A stretch of DNA of 64,000 nt, from the NCBI GenBank assembly GCA_030704615.1, contig CM060733.1, positions 42,036,001 through 42,100,000 of the forward strand, written 5' to 3'. The notes beneath the pieces are model-generated. The model did no database searches. It was given only the letters and a program-made list of their open reading frames with translations, and had not been told where the DNA came from. Source of the stretch: Takakia lepidozioides. Lineage: Eukaryota > Plantae > Bryophyta. How positions within the stretch are numbered: the stretch's first letter is position 1; each line of letters opens with the position of its first letter. Below are positions 37,484 to 51,133 of the stretch, one piece after another. Made by a program: the position numbers and the translations under genes.

Positions 37484-40400
37484 TCAAGTGTCGCAGTCAT
37501 CACAATCAGTGTCCACCTCCTGTGCTATGTCATCTACAAAGATTATGGCCCCAACACCACGTGTTCTACGAAGGCCGTTGTAAGGTGGACTCCGAGTGCC
37601 ATGAACGGACATGCTTGCTGCGAGTGCCTCCGCATAGACAGATAGCACGCAAGACCGAGGAGGACTGAAAACAAGTCCAAATAAGTGTGATAGCCCTGGA
37701 GGGCAAGTGGAAGCACGCGGACTCCTGCACATGTCCACAAAATCCCATTTTTAACACAATGATGCAATGCACAAGTCCAACGAAGAGGATGTCTCCCATG
37801 TGCACTTTGCCTCGAGAACAGCGATTCTCGATATTGAAACAACAATGCAAGCATGCACAGGTTGAACTTACTCACAGGCAAAGTCGGAGTCCAGCTCCTT
37901 GTCAGAAGTCTCCTCTGTATCAGTATCAGCGGGACGGGGCTTCGGAAGCACTTGAGAAGTGTGTCCACCCAAACCCATCAGGAGGTTCTTGTAAATCTCA
38001 GCATCCCCTTCAATCCCAAAGAGATGTCGCGCACTGGCCTTGCAAGCGTGGTACGAAGCACCTGCAGTGGAATAGAATGAAGGAAGCACACATTGAAGAC
38101 ACATTCGGAACGGTGGAAAGTGCTGAAAGTGCAAGCTCAATCAAACCTCATGAAATGTGAATGTTGAAGAGACGAACCTGTGCCCATCGACAAATCTAGA
38201 ACTCTGGATGCACCCGGACGAGACAAACAGCTTCAAACAAACGAGTCTGCGAACATGACATCCACAAGGAACTAAGAACCAGAAAAAATCGGGCCCCTAC
38301 ATATGAGTTCGAGCGACCTATACAACTCAATCCGAGAACAAACAAGAAGAGGAAGAAGAAGGGAAACTCACCATCTCTCCCGGACGATCCCCCTTCGTAA
38401 GGTACATGCTGTTCACACAATTCCATGTCTTCACGACTCTCATGCCCGAGGCTTTCAAATAGCTGGCAAGTGCACGGCGACACCGAACATCGATGGACTG
38501 GATGAGCACCAAAACACCTGCATCGGAAATGAAGAAGTTGCAAAAGAAAAAAATCCACCGCCAGTAGCGCTCATCAAATGCATTCCAACCCGGACAAGCA
38601 CCCGATGGAGGGATATCCGGGACTGCCAACCCATCAGGGATGTCCAAGATGATGAGTTTGGCTGCATATGGCTTCTCCTTCCCGTTCACCCAGGATTTGG
38701 TCATTTTAGCCTGCAAACAAAAATGCAATGGAATTCTCACAAGTTTAGAAACGATCCATGCCCACAGCAGACAAAGAGAACAGAAGCCACAGAACCCAAA
38801 GAGAACACGCACCGTGCTGAGGAACTCCACAATCCTCTCCCACATTGGTGATGGCTCGCCCTTGTAATCAGATTTCTTCGACTCCATCATGGCAAGGAAC
38901 CCGACGTTGGCCATCTCCAACCTGGTTGGGCGAATGACCCTCGTGGGATGTTCCACTGCATGGTACGGGTCCTTGGGATCAACCACCCCCTTGTTTTTTC
39001 TCTCGGATCCCCTACCATGCGGTGGAGTCTGCTGGACATGCTCCACAGGGCCAATATCTGCAACACTTCCCTGCCCTTGTGCCACCTTCCCTGTACCCCT
39101 TCCCTTCCCCACAACACCAGCAACATCTTTTCCCTTTGCCTTTCTTCCTCTACCCGGGGTATCCTGAGCGGGAGGCTCCTTCTCTGCAAGAGTCCTCAAA
39201 TTACGTTCATGAATGTCGAGGTCCGCTGCTGCGGCAGTGGCTGCAATACGGTCATTCTCTCTCCTCAAAGACACCTCTGCAGCTGGGGTCTCTAAAGGAG
39301 GGCAATCCAAATACCAACCACAAGAAGAAAGATGGTCTGGGCCCCAGTCATGCAAGATCCCAGCAGTGAACATGGTCTGGTTGCCAGCAGGGACAAGCCA
39401 AAGGTCCACGAAATCTGGATGTTTGTCCAAGCAATTCTCTTCCAGGAGAACAAACTTAATGTACCTGCAGGAACAGACACAGCCTCATTTTCCAATGCAC
39501 ATATTGTGTCCCAGCTTTTTCATCACACCAGGAAGACCCCCTTAAACAGTATGCCACACAACACATTGCAACCAAACACAAATAAAGAGTGCAAGGGTGT
39601 GCACCTGTAAAGGTATCGTTTCCAGGCTTCCTCTCCTTTTTCCTGCTGGTCAAGCTCATTTGTTCGACTGATGCCACCCTCCTTGCTGAACTCTCTAAAG
39701 AAACAAGAGTGCCACACTGTGGCTCTCCATTTCCTCATGTATGCTTCGAAGGAGACCTTCGGTGCTGTCATAGTGATGCCATAGTCAGCCAGCTGAGTAT
39801 GTAGAACGGATCGGGCCCTTTCCTCCAACTGCAAAACAATTGAAATGGAAGAATGAACCCAAAAACAATCACAGCGAATGTAAGAGGCAATGGGAAGAGA
39901 AGGACACGAAAAGAGAAAAGAAAGTGAGATACGAGAGGACATCACACCTGGCTCTAGTAAGTGGCCTTGTGAAGCCAGGTGTCCAACACATTGTCACTGA
40001 CAGGAACGACACGCTGGGTCTTCTTCTCTTTCTCCGGCCTTGGGAACATGTGGGTATCCCTAACTGTGGGATCGGAGTTCCATATCTGTAGCCACTTCAC
40101 CTTCTGTTCAGAAGACACGACGGCGGTAGACAACTTGTGCAACTTCTCCTGGGCCATCTCTGGCTTGCCTGGCTTGTTATAATGGTTTTTTATCTCCAGG
40201 AGAAACTGCAGCCCGAATGATGGGTCGGCAATTCTCAACTGCTTCACAAAAGCACTCATTATTGTCCTTCTTGTAGCATTCATCTCCTTCTGGATGTGAC
40301 TTTCAACCCCCTTTGCTGTCCTTCTCTCCTCAGGGGTAGAGCTGTAGTATTCCAGTTTGCCACGCTCCCCTGCATCTGCAATGTCTTGCTGCAAGGGAAT

Positions 40401-43400
40401 GCAAGAGAGTTGCATCAATCCAAGGTCAAGGGAAACATACAGAAACAAACATGTGGAAGCAGGAATATGGAAAGGCCAGATGAAGGAAGATGTATCTCAC
40501 CGTGTACATGTACTCCATGAAAGCCTCACCGGTCAACGAGTACCACGTTTCCGATGTCTTGGAGCTTTCGCATTTCTTATACATCTCTGCCAAAAGGATG
40601 GTCTTGAAGTTGGTCAAGGGCATCTGCCCGATCCTTTGTATCCTGTACAGTGTGTGAACCAGACTCGTTTTGACATGCGATGTCTCCGTCCCTCTGCAGA
40701 ATGATTTCTGAAAGTCAGAATGAAATTCGAGGACTTGAATCAAGGAAGAACGGAACCGCAAGTGCAACATGTACAATGAGAAACCAACCTGTTCACATCA
40801 TTCATTGCCGTTAGAAGACCCATCATGTTCCCGTCACAATCCAGCACCATCGATCGAACAAAGTAATGCCACTCTTCCTCCTGTGAGTGCAGCCTCCCAA
40901 TGACAGCCATCCATGCAAGCAACCGGTGGTTGCCATCCCAAACGTGAAACATCTTCCCTGAGAATGCCTGGGTGGAAGGTTTCCTGGAGAGAAGAAATTC
41001 GAAGGATTCATTCACCTGTCTCCAAATGGGGTCCCAGGAGTCGACTATTGAATCATCCACAAGGAGCTCATTACCTCTGGAATCCCTAGTAGAAACGTAA
41101 AAGACTCCAGATCCATCCAAATACCCATGAACAAACTCGGCCTCCAGCTTGAGAATGTCCTTGACGAGGGGTGGACGAACGACGGGCATGGAAACCAACC
41201 TACACAGGGGAATCTTCAACCTCCCACCCGGAGCAAGCATACTTTGCACCACAAGCTGAGAGTTCACCTTCTGATCCCCCAGCGGCTTTGCTTTCATAGA
41301 ACTCATTGTCAACATCAACTATGGTCTCCTTCCCCTGACCCGAAGGGACCTCATCCTCCACAATTTGCATCTTCTCCTACAAGGTTGTTCATTCAAATTC
41401 ATATAAAAGAGGCATGAAACGTAGACTGAGGCATGAAAAAGTGGGCTCAAATAGTGTGCGTTGACGCACACTGTTTTGAGCTGCCATATAAGTGTACATT
41501 AATCCTCACAGACCTCCCCTATGTTGCCGAATTGCAAAGGAAAAAAACAGTGTCAGGTACAGCTCAAACAGTGTGCGGCAACGCACACTGATTGCGCTGC
41601 CACTGAATCATTCTTTCATCCTCAGAAACCTGCCCTTCAAGTCCGAATTTCACAAGGAAAAAACAGAGTCATGTGCAACTCAAACAGTGTGCGTTGACGC
41701 ACACTGTTAAAGCTACCACTGAATGTTTTTTTCATCCTCAGATACCAATCCGAATTTCATCCTCACATACAGAATTTCATCCGAATTTCATCCTCCGAAT
41801 TTACATGGAAAAGAAAGTGACATACTCAGCTTAAACAGTGTGCGTTCACGCACACTGTAAGAGCTGCCACTGAAGGGTTCCTACATCCTCATAAACATGC
41901 CCTAAAAGGCCTAATATTACCAGAAAATTGCTGTCACATGTTCAGCTCAAACAGTGTGCGGCAACGCACACTCTTTGAGCTCGCACTGAATGCTTTTTCC
42001 TTCCTCGGATATCAACCCTAAAAGGCCGAATTAACATGGAAAACACAGGGACATGCTGAGCTCAAACAGTGTGCGTTGACGCACACTGCTTGAGCTGCCA
42101 CTCAAGGGTTCCTTCATCCTCATAAACATGCCCTTAAAGGCCTATTTCTACCATGAAATTGCTGTCACATGTTCAGCTCAAACAGTGTGCGGTAACGCAC
42201 ACTGTTTGAGCTGGCACTGAATGCTTCTTTCTTCCTCGGATATCAACCCTAAAAGGCGGAATTTACATGGAAAACACAGGGACATGCTGAGCTCAAACAG
42301 TGTGCGTTGACGCACACTGTTTGAGCTGCCACTCAAGGGTTCCTTCATCCTCATAAACATGCCCTTAAAGGCCTATTTCTACCATGAAATTGCTGTCACA
42401 TGTTCAGCTCAAACAGTGTGCGGCAACGCACACTATTTGAGCTGCCAGTGAAGTGTGCCTTCATCCTCATGAACATGCCTAAAAGGCCAAATTTTACTAC
42501 GAAATTGCTGTCACATGTTCAGCTCAAACAGTGTGCGGCAACGCACACTGTCTGAGCTGCCACTGAAGCGTTCCTTCATCCTCATGAACATGCCTTAAAA
42601 TGCTTAATTTTACCAAGAAATTGCTGTCACTTGTTCAGCTCAAACAGTGTGCGGCAACGCACACTGTTTGAGCTGCCACTGAAGGGTTCCTTCATCCTCA
42701 TGAACATGCCTTAAAAGGCTTAATTTTACCAGGAAATTGCTGTTACTTGTTCAGCTCAAACAGTGTGCGTTGACGCACACTGTTTGAGCTGCCACTGAAG
42801 GGTGCCTTCACCCTCATCAACAGGCCCTTATAGGCCTAATTTTACCAGGAAATTGATGTCACGTGTTCAGCTCAAACAGTGTGCGGCAACGCACACTCTT
42901 TGAGCTGCCACTGAAAGGTGGCTTCATCCTCATGAACAAGCCCTAAAATGCCTCATTTTACCAGGAAATTGCTGTCGCATGTTCAGCTCAAATAGTGTGC
43001 GGCAACGCACACTGTTTGAGCTGCCTTTTGAAGGGTTCCTTCACCCTCATAAACAGGCCCTTATAGGCCTAATTTTACCAGGAAATTCCTGTCACATGTT
43101 CAGCTCAAACAGTGTGGCAACGCACACTGTTTGAGCTGCCACTGAAGGGTTCCCTCATCCTCATGAACATGCCTTAAAAGGCCTAATTTTACCAGGAAAT
43201 TGCTGTCACTTGTTCAACTCAAATAGTGTGCGTTGACGCAGACTGTTTGAGCTGCCACTGAAGGGTTCCTTCACCCTCATAAACAGGCCCTTATAGGCCT
43301 AATTTTACCAGGAAATTGCAGTAACATGTTCAGCTCAAATAGTGTGCGGCAACGCACACTGTTTGAGCTGCCACTGAAGGGTGCCTTCATCCTCATGAAC

Positions 43401-45865
43401 AGGCCCTAAAAGGCCTAATTTTACCTGGAAATTGCTGTCACATGTTCAGCTCAAACAGTGTGCGGCAACGCAAATTGTTTGAGCTGCCACTGAAGGGTTT
43501 CTTCACGCTCATGAACAGGCCCTAAAAGGCCTAATTTTACCAGGAAATTGCTGTCACATGTTCAGCTCAAACAGTGTGCGGCAACGCACACTGTTTGAGC
43601 TGCCACTGAAGGGTTCCTTCATCTTCATGAACATGCCTTAAAAGGCTTAATTTTACCAGGAAATTGTTGTCACTTGTTCAGCTCAAACAGTGTGCGTTGA
43701 CGCACACTGTTTGAGCTGCCATTGAAGGGTGCCTTCACCCTCGTAAACAGGCCCTTATAGGCCTTATTTTACCAAGAAATTGATGTCACATGTTAAGCTC
43801 AAACAGTGTGGGGCAGCGCACACTGTTTGAGCTGCCACTGAAGGGTGCCTTCATCCTCATGAACAGGCCCTAAAAGGCCTAATTTTACCAGGAAATGTCT
43901 GTCATATGTTGAGCTGAAACAGTGTGCGGCAACGCACACTCTTTGAGCTGCCACTGAAGGGTTCATTCATCCTCATGAACAGGCCCTAAAACGCGTTATT
44001 TTACCAGGAAGTTGATGTCACATGTTCAGCTCAAACAGTGTACGGCAACGCACACTGTTTGAGCTGCCACTGAAGGGTTCCTTCATCCTCATGAACAGGC
44101 CCTAAAACGCCTAATTTTACTAGGAAATTGCTGTCTCATGTTCAGCTCAAACAGTGTGCGGCAACGCACACTGTTTGAGCTGCCACTGAATGGTTCCTTC
44201 ATCCTCATGATCAGGCCCTAAAATGCCTAATTTTACCAGGAAATTGCTGTCTCATGTTCAGCTCAAACAGTGTGCGGCAACGCACACTGTTTGAGCTGCC
44301 ACTGAAGGGTGCTTTCATCCTCATGAACATGCCCTAAATGGCCTAAATTTACCAGGAAATTGTTGTCATATGTTCAGCTCAAACAGTGTGCGGCAACGCA
44401 CGCTGTTTGAGCTGCCACTGAAGGGTTCCTTCATCCTCCTGAACAGGCCCTAAAACGCCTAATTTTACCAGGAAATTGCTGTCACATGTTCAGCTCAAAC
44501 AGTGTGGGGCAACGCACACTGTTTGAGCTGCCACTGAAGGGTTCTTTCATCCTCATGATCAGGCCCTAAAACGCCTAATTTTACCAGGAAATTGCTGTCT
44601 CATGTTCAGCTTAAATAGTGTGCGGCAACGCACACTGTTTGAGCTGCCACTGAAGGGTTCCCTCATCCTCATGAACATGCCTTAAAAGGCCTAATTTTAC
44701 CAGGAAATTGCTGTCACTTGTTCAGCTCAAACAGTGTAGGTTGACGCACACTGTTTGAGCTGCCACTGAAGGGTTCATTCACCCTCATAAACAAGCCCTT
44801 ATAGGCCTAATTTTACCAGGAAATTGCTGTCACATGTTCAGCTCAAACAGTGTACGGCAACGCACACTGTTTGAGCTGCCATTGAAGGGTGCCTTCATCC
44901 TCATGAACATGCCCTAAAATGCCTAATTTTACCAGGAAATGTCTGTCACATGTTCAGCGCAAATAGTGTGCGGCAACGTACACTGTTTGAGCTGGCACTG
45001 AAGGGTTCGTTCTTCCTCGGATATCAAACGTAAAAGGCGGAATTTATATGGAAAACACATTGACATGGTGAGCTCAAACAGTGTGCGTTGATGCACACTG
45101 TTTGAGCTGCCATTGAAGGGTTCCTTCATCCTTGGAATCATGCCGTGAAAGGCTTACTTTAACAAAGACAAAACTGTCACATGTTCAGCTCAAAGAGTGT
45201 GCGGCAACGTACACTGTTTGAGCTAGCAGTGAATCCTTCTTTCCACCTCACATACCTTCCCTTGAAATCCGAATTGCACAGGCTAAAAACACATTCATGT
45301 ATAGCTGAAACGGTGTGCGGCAACGCACACTGTTCGAGCAGCTAGTGAATCCTTCTTTCATCTTGAGATTAGGCTATTTTCATATCAGCAACAAAGCACA
45401 AATGTAGGTCTTAAAGATTTTACCTTCTTCTTAGCTGCTCGAGAAGACTCCCCAATTGTCGGGGACCCCTTGCGCTTCGGGCTGCTTTCTGCGCCCAGCG
45501 TGTACGTGAGCCTCTCCCCCTTCCTATTTCCCGTAGGCAAATTCTTCGTGAGGCCACCATGAACATCTCCTTCCATCTCCTCTGTCTCTCGCTCCGATGC
45601 AGTATCCTCTTCATCTGTTCCTCGAACTATGGCGGGCTGTTGTTCTTTTCCTGATTCCTGCTCCTCCATCGCCACACTTTCCTCTATTCCCTCTTCTACC
45701 TCCTTTTCCTCTTCGTCCACTCTTTCTATCCTCATTCTACCTCTGGCTCTATTCCTGTTTCTAGTGCTCGTGAAATATAACGACTTCCTTCTCTTTCTCC
45801 TACGCTGGAAACAAGGGCTCCCCACGATTCCTCTAGAGCTCTCCAGTTTGACGTTTGCAACAGTT
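37484..45865 (-). pseudogene. ParB-DNA methyltransferase fusion, family A (multi-exon; one TAG and an internal deletion)
   Basis: RKRRKSLYFTS (about 45.8 kb), FHVWDGNHRLLAW (about 40.9 kb), WGPDHLSSCGWYLDCPP, KLIILDIPDG and RVLDLSMGTG|ASYHACKASARHLFGIEGD. A W-to-stop change lies near 39955, and about 200 bp are missing near 38205. Confidence 0.8.
41444..45345. repeat. Tandem array of about 34 x 116 bp, each unit with a 40-bp palindrome CAGCTCAAACAGTGTGCG(GCA/TTG)ACGCACACTGTTTGAGCTG
   Basis: Palindrome starts at 42520, 42636, 42752, 42868 and so on. The array is homogeneous centrally and diverged at both edges. Confidence 0.97.
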
Positions 45866-46688
45866 CTGCTATGGCATGTATCCCAAATCGCAATTGGACG
45901 TTGTCATCCGTATTTGGATGCGGGTGTTGTTATTGTGTGCGAACGGAATTCATCCATTTCGTCGTCTTTGTATTATCCAAAAAATAAAGCGCTGGAAAAA
46001 AAGTACATCCGTTGCATGCACTTGCGATATATGTCAGATGTACTTCGCCGCCTGCCAGTACATGGCGGCCTTCTTGCTTTCTTTCAAATTCGGATGTGCC
46101 GTAGAAATCTAATGCTAGTTCGTTTTCGATCAGTTCCTGCAGATCCACAATAATTGTTATGCTTCACATATGCATACACGTGTGTTGTACTGCCTCCCCT
46201 AAGGTTTGTATTTTGACATAACCGTCGCCATGGGGTCATTCGACATAAAGGGTTGTGTCGGATATGGGCATGTCTTGCACACATTCGTGCGAGGTATCTC
46301 TTGGAGTGTCAGTGTTTGTGCTGTGCTCTTCTGGCACAGCACAACCTCATTACTTTCGGGGTCTTCTTTTTTACTGCTCCCCAGGGTTGTTGCCGTCTTT
46401 CCATAATGGATGGTTTCATGCCGTTGTCGGGGTCTGTTTTCATCCAAAAACAACACGGCTTCTTGTGGCTTCCAGTCTTCGAAAACAGTTTTTCTGGTTG
46501 GTGCCTCTTGTCGTTTATGTTTTCGAAGCCAAGGTGCATGTCATTCCTGCATCCTTTGCATGCATCGCCCGCAGCCTTTTGATTCGTGCTACCCTTGTTG
46601 TCCTCCGTTTGCTTGTGTTAAGTCCCCTTTCGACAATTAGGGGCTATCAGTTCGGGGATTCCGCTACTTTTGTTCAGTGAAGGAAAAC

Positions 46689-49600
46689 ATGTCGAGGGAG
46701 CGAGATACACTCGCTCGATTCCAGTCCAATGCAGGTACTCTTCCACTGACCGCCACTGCAGACGACGATGGGTTTGCATTTGTTCATGAGGATGAGCTGG
46801 TTACGGTGTTCCCGCTGGAGTTGGGTTCTCTGCTTGTTCAAAAAGAGGTGTATGACGAGGATGGGAATTTGGATTCTGGGCACTTGGAGAAACCATTGGT
46901 TGGCAAGTGTGGAAGGAAGTGGAGAGTCCTTCCAGGCACATACCGTGTCCTTGGAAAAGAGAGAAGACAATCTGCAGGATCAGTCGTTACCCCTGCACTG
47001 CAGCATCAGTCGTGCAGCAGAAGATCACAGTTCCTGTGAAACATGAGGTGAGCACATCCACTACATTCGTGACTCTTTCAGACTCGTCCTCGGAGGATGT
47101 TTTTGAGATTCCTCCGCCAGTGCGGACTCAGTCATTGGATGATGACAAATTGCAAGAGATAATGAGTGTCATTCCGAAATTGAAAGCCCTCGCAGGTGTG
47201 CCTGGGTGCAAGAGCGAGCTGCGTTTTGTTGATTGGGAGTCCCTTCCTGTGAGCCGGGTTCAATACGTGCCAGCAGAGTTTGATGGGGACATCTTGTTTG
47301 AGCTCAACCCTCCCACGTCTTCCAGTGGACTGGCTGGGCTTTTGCAGGGCATGGAAAAGAAACATGACGGACATCCTTGGTGCAGGACAAAAACGTCGAA
47401 CATCCATAACGACATTGGCTTGAAATTTCGGAGGTCGATTTGCGTTGGGCATTGTAAGTGCCTGAATATTTCTTGCCCTCGGCTGAGAAACAGCACTCAA
47501 CCAAACGAAAGTGAGTGGGAAGGTGTGCCCCTAAATCCTTTCACCCCAGGGCTTGCCCCTCCCAAGACCAATACTTTTGTGTGCAGGTTCTGCAAACTTT
47601 CCCCGTCCTGTGTTTCTGTGTGCCACGCTCGTATGTACCAGGTGGCCCACCGATGCAAGACAATGACTCGTGCCTGCATTCATATGGGTGCACAAGAGCA
47701 TCCGGTGTCCAAAGGAAGTTGCAGGGATAGCGTGGACATCACTAGAAATCTGCTGAAGCAGGAGTTCCACAATGCCCCTTGTGCAACACCTTTTGCTATA
47801 GCGCTTGCAGCTAGCAAGGCATTCCTGGAAAAACACATACTGGGTGAAGGGGATGCGACACAACCAATGCTGAATGCAGATTCGCTTGATGCAGTCATGG
47901 ACCATTTCTCCGTCTTGAGCTCTCCCAATATTCGAAACCAGGTGAATGCACTCAGAATGGGTACAGGCACTGCTGGATTCATGGACAACATTATGGACCT
48001 CAAACGGAGGAGTCGCTATGAATTCATTCAAAACAGTATCTTCCCTGGCCAGGGCTCGTCCAAGGTGTATTTGTTCAAGATGTCTGCGGTGGGCGAAGGC
48101 AGTGGTGTGAGCATTGTCCGCCGAATGCAACCTGGAGGAGATTTGGCTAAATGTTGGTTGATGTTTGATCACTGCAAACGGGTGAAGGGTTGGACAACCA
48201 TGGCATGCCATGTGTATGATCCGGCGTACCAGCGTGTGCTCTCCATAGCAATTTGTGATATGCAGTCGGAGGACACTGAATCCCAGATGCTCATGTGGAA
48301 TTCGCTCCTGGCCGTCATGCAGCGCAATGGAATACAGAACACAAATTTTGCGGGCTTCATGGCTGATAGTGCACAGGCAAATTTCAATGCAGTGCGGCGC
48401 GTGTTTGGTTTGGTTGATCCTAAGGTTCCAATGGAGAATAGGGAGCGCACATGCCTCTTCCATTGGAGTCAATCTCTGGCACGTCATACAAAGCGCTGCA
48501 TTCGCCCTGACCTTCAGTTCGAGCACAGAAGGCTGTGTCTCAAGTACAAGAATGCCACCTCAATGGGAGAAGCTGAGAGCACTTACCAGGCAATCCGGGC
48601 TTGGTGGTTCTCCTCTGGTGTTGCTACGGGTATCCACCTAAAGGAGTTGGAGGACAGGTTGGTTTTCTGGCACTTCAGGTACAGACAGTGGGGAGCTTTC
48701 ATGACGACGGTAAGCCTCTTCAATCCCAGAAACACAAATTCCACTTTGCATCGTGCCTGTTCATTTGGGGTTGTTGGATTGTCACTTGAAGAACCTCTAC
48801 CATTTCTTTTCGTTCCTCACATTGAAGATGCAATGCCTCCTGCAGGACATGTCCTTGGAGGACTTGGCCGACATGCCATCCTGTAATTTGGCGGAGACTG
48901 TTCACAACGCCTGGATGCAGCAGTCTACCAAAGCAGGTCGTGACTTGTATGTGGCCACTGCTGATGACATGGTGCAAGCACTTACACAACAAACCAGGTA
49001 CCGGAATTATCTGATGGGACGGGGCGGAGGCAAGGGCCCTGATACGACTTTGTTGATGCTAAGGGCTGCGAGTAGGTCCGGAGTCCCGTCAAAGATGGCC
49101 AGAGCTCTAAACAGGTGCACTGAAGGCTCCCCTCTGCAATCCAGGCTCCCCCATTTGGAAGGCGAGGAAAGATTTGGATCATGCAAAAGGAAATTGAACA
49201 CTCTTCCAGGGTCAGATAGAGATTCCCATCGGCCAGACAGGGTCAATTTCTCTGTGCCAAAGGTGTCTCATCTGCAGACTAAGTCGTCTGCCCGCCCCTT
49301 CCCAGGTGGGTCCTCCTCTAGTGGAGCTGGTGCAGAACATGCAAGCACAGCAGCGGGAATCCCTTTGGAGGAGGTGGTGACCACGGTGCAGGAATCCGAT
49401 TGCATTGATAGTGACTGGCATATAGAACGCACCCCACCAGGATCTAGAGTGGCTTGCATGGCAATTCGGACCCCCTCGTTCAAGAAATGCAAATCAAAAA
49501 TATGCAAAGGCTCCAGGGGGACTCCAGCTCCAACATTCACAGGGTTGTTCCGACCTTATCATAGTGGGGAGTCGAAGGACCACAAATTTTGGTTCTGCCC

Positions 49601-50258
49601 AGACGATATGGCACGATGCGTGAAGGGAACAGTTCGTCCATCGGTGATAATGAAACCGCCTCCCCCCGCAATTTGGTCTGTGAAAATTGGGACGTCGCTG
49701 TCATCAACCGAGATAAGCATGCTGGAGGAGGGAGGGTTCTGTCTTGCACGGTCCCAGGTGGTGCCCTCATGCACTGTCGGCACAGATGTGCCTCATGCTC
49801 CGGCAATGCCGCCACCCGGTGCCGACTCCCACCCAACAAAAAGAGATGGAAAAACAGTGCGCCGTGTCGCTTCGGGTGTAGATCACGAATGCAAGATGGA
49901 ATCTGCTAGAATTTTGCAGGCTCGGGTGACTCGTATCACCAAAATCCCTTCCCCGGGGTATGGACGGATTTACACAGTGCTGTCAATTGGGTCAGTTCTT
50001 CATGGCAAAGAATATCAGGTTACCGTCGGGAATTTCCCTTCGTGCACTTGTCCGGATTTTGTAACGATGCGTGAGGGCGCTCTCGGGATGAGAGGGAAGT
50101 GGGTCCCCTGTAAGCATCAATATTACATATACCTTGTAATTATGTGTTGCGACGGTAAGAGAGACCAATTCATTCACCAAGCCACACTAGGCTACGGGGA
50201 AGTCAACACCCTTCTCCAGCGAGACACCTCGCGTGGAGCTCCGCCAACTTCTCTTTGA
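46689..50258 (+). CDS. MULE transposase, family A (2 exons: 46689-48709, 48846-50258; 1-bp frameshift near 46995)
   Basis: KHDGHPWCRTKTS GCM-like domain; LMFDH / FMADSAQANFNAVRRVF...CLFHW / CNLAETVH; SWIM CTCPDF...CKH. Same intron position as in family C. Confidence 0.9.
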
Positions 50259-50686
50259 ACACATACGAGCCATGCCCGCTTCCCATGCTGGTTTCCAGGT
50301 TGTCGTGTGAAGACTTTGCATTTATGACAAACATATATATTTCGTTCACGAAACCAGGGCAAATGCACATGCGATTCATTCTAAGCGTCTATCTGTGAAT
50401 TGAAATAAACTGTGTCAATCATTCTGAGCTCAAATCTGGCATATTTTCATATTCTTCTTTTTGTGCGGGCATTGCAGGCATGGTGTATGGTGGCCCCCTT
50501 TGTTTTGTCCGCGGTAATAGGCCCTCTTCCTGCAATCCTCGCCTATAGGACCTGCTTCTCCAGCATATTCGTGCCGCTCATGCTTCCCTGAAGCGTGAGC
50601 TCAGCTCACGCTTTGCAGCTTGAACGTGAGCTCAGCTCCCAGGCTCACGGGGCTAGGCTCACGCCGTAGCTATGCTCGTCCTTGAG

Positions 50687-51089
50687 GACCTGTAGTAGTT
50701 GTGGTGGTTCCTCCACCAAGTGCTGGCCCCTGAGCACTCCCTGCTCCTGGCCTCACTATATTCACAGTATTCCCAGCTCCAGTTGCACTACTTCCCACAC
50801 TCCCTATCCCCCCAGAGCCAGATCCAGGTCTTCCGCCTAATCCCTCTGAGCCGACACCTTCGTTGGCCTATGATCCAAGTGCTCCACTTGATCCAGGTCC
50901 AACGGGTTGGGATGTCCTGGTTGTAGTCTCAACCTCTGCTGTTGGGTCTACTTCTTCATACTCGTCATCTTCCAATTTCTTCTCCCTGTTTTCATCTTCC
51001 AAGTTTTGTCCTTGGGTTTCTTCTTCTTCACTCATGTAACTATCTTGCAGTGGTGTTGGAGAGTTTGAATTCTCCGGTGGCTCTGCCAT
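50687..51089 (-). pseudogene. Ty3/gypsy gag N-terminus
   Basis: MAEPPENSNSPT... continues into 36991 across the TSD and has an internal stop. Confidence 0.75.
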
Positions 51090-51133
51090 ATCATCCCCTC
51101 TTTCTTCATCCTCCGTTTCAGAAACTGGAGTTC

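Larger units (their letters stand above)
36992..50677. mobile_element. Complete MULE family A element, 13,686 bp, with a 9-bp TSD GTCCTTGAG
   Basis: GTCCTTGAG occurs at 36983-36991 and 50678-50686. The imperfect inverted ends are GGGGGGTGCTATTCCGTGAGCCTGG and GAGCATAGCTACGGCGTGAGCCTAG. Removing the element restores the gag frame (TTGPQGPASA). Confidence 0.93.

Noticed and set aside
41444-45345. CRISPR array (palindromic 40-bp repeats with about 76-bp spacers; also the B and C clusters)
   Set aside because: The spacers are copies of one another, no cas genes are present, and the context is a eukaryotic intron.
46689-50258. KDZ/Zisupton-type transposase because of the SWIM finger and Cys clusters
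   Set aside because: The D...D-(A..NAV..VF)...CxFH...N.AE pattern and the 9-bp TSD fit Mutator.
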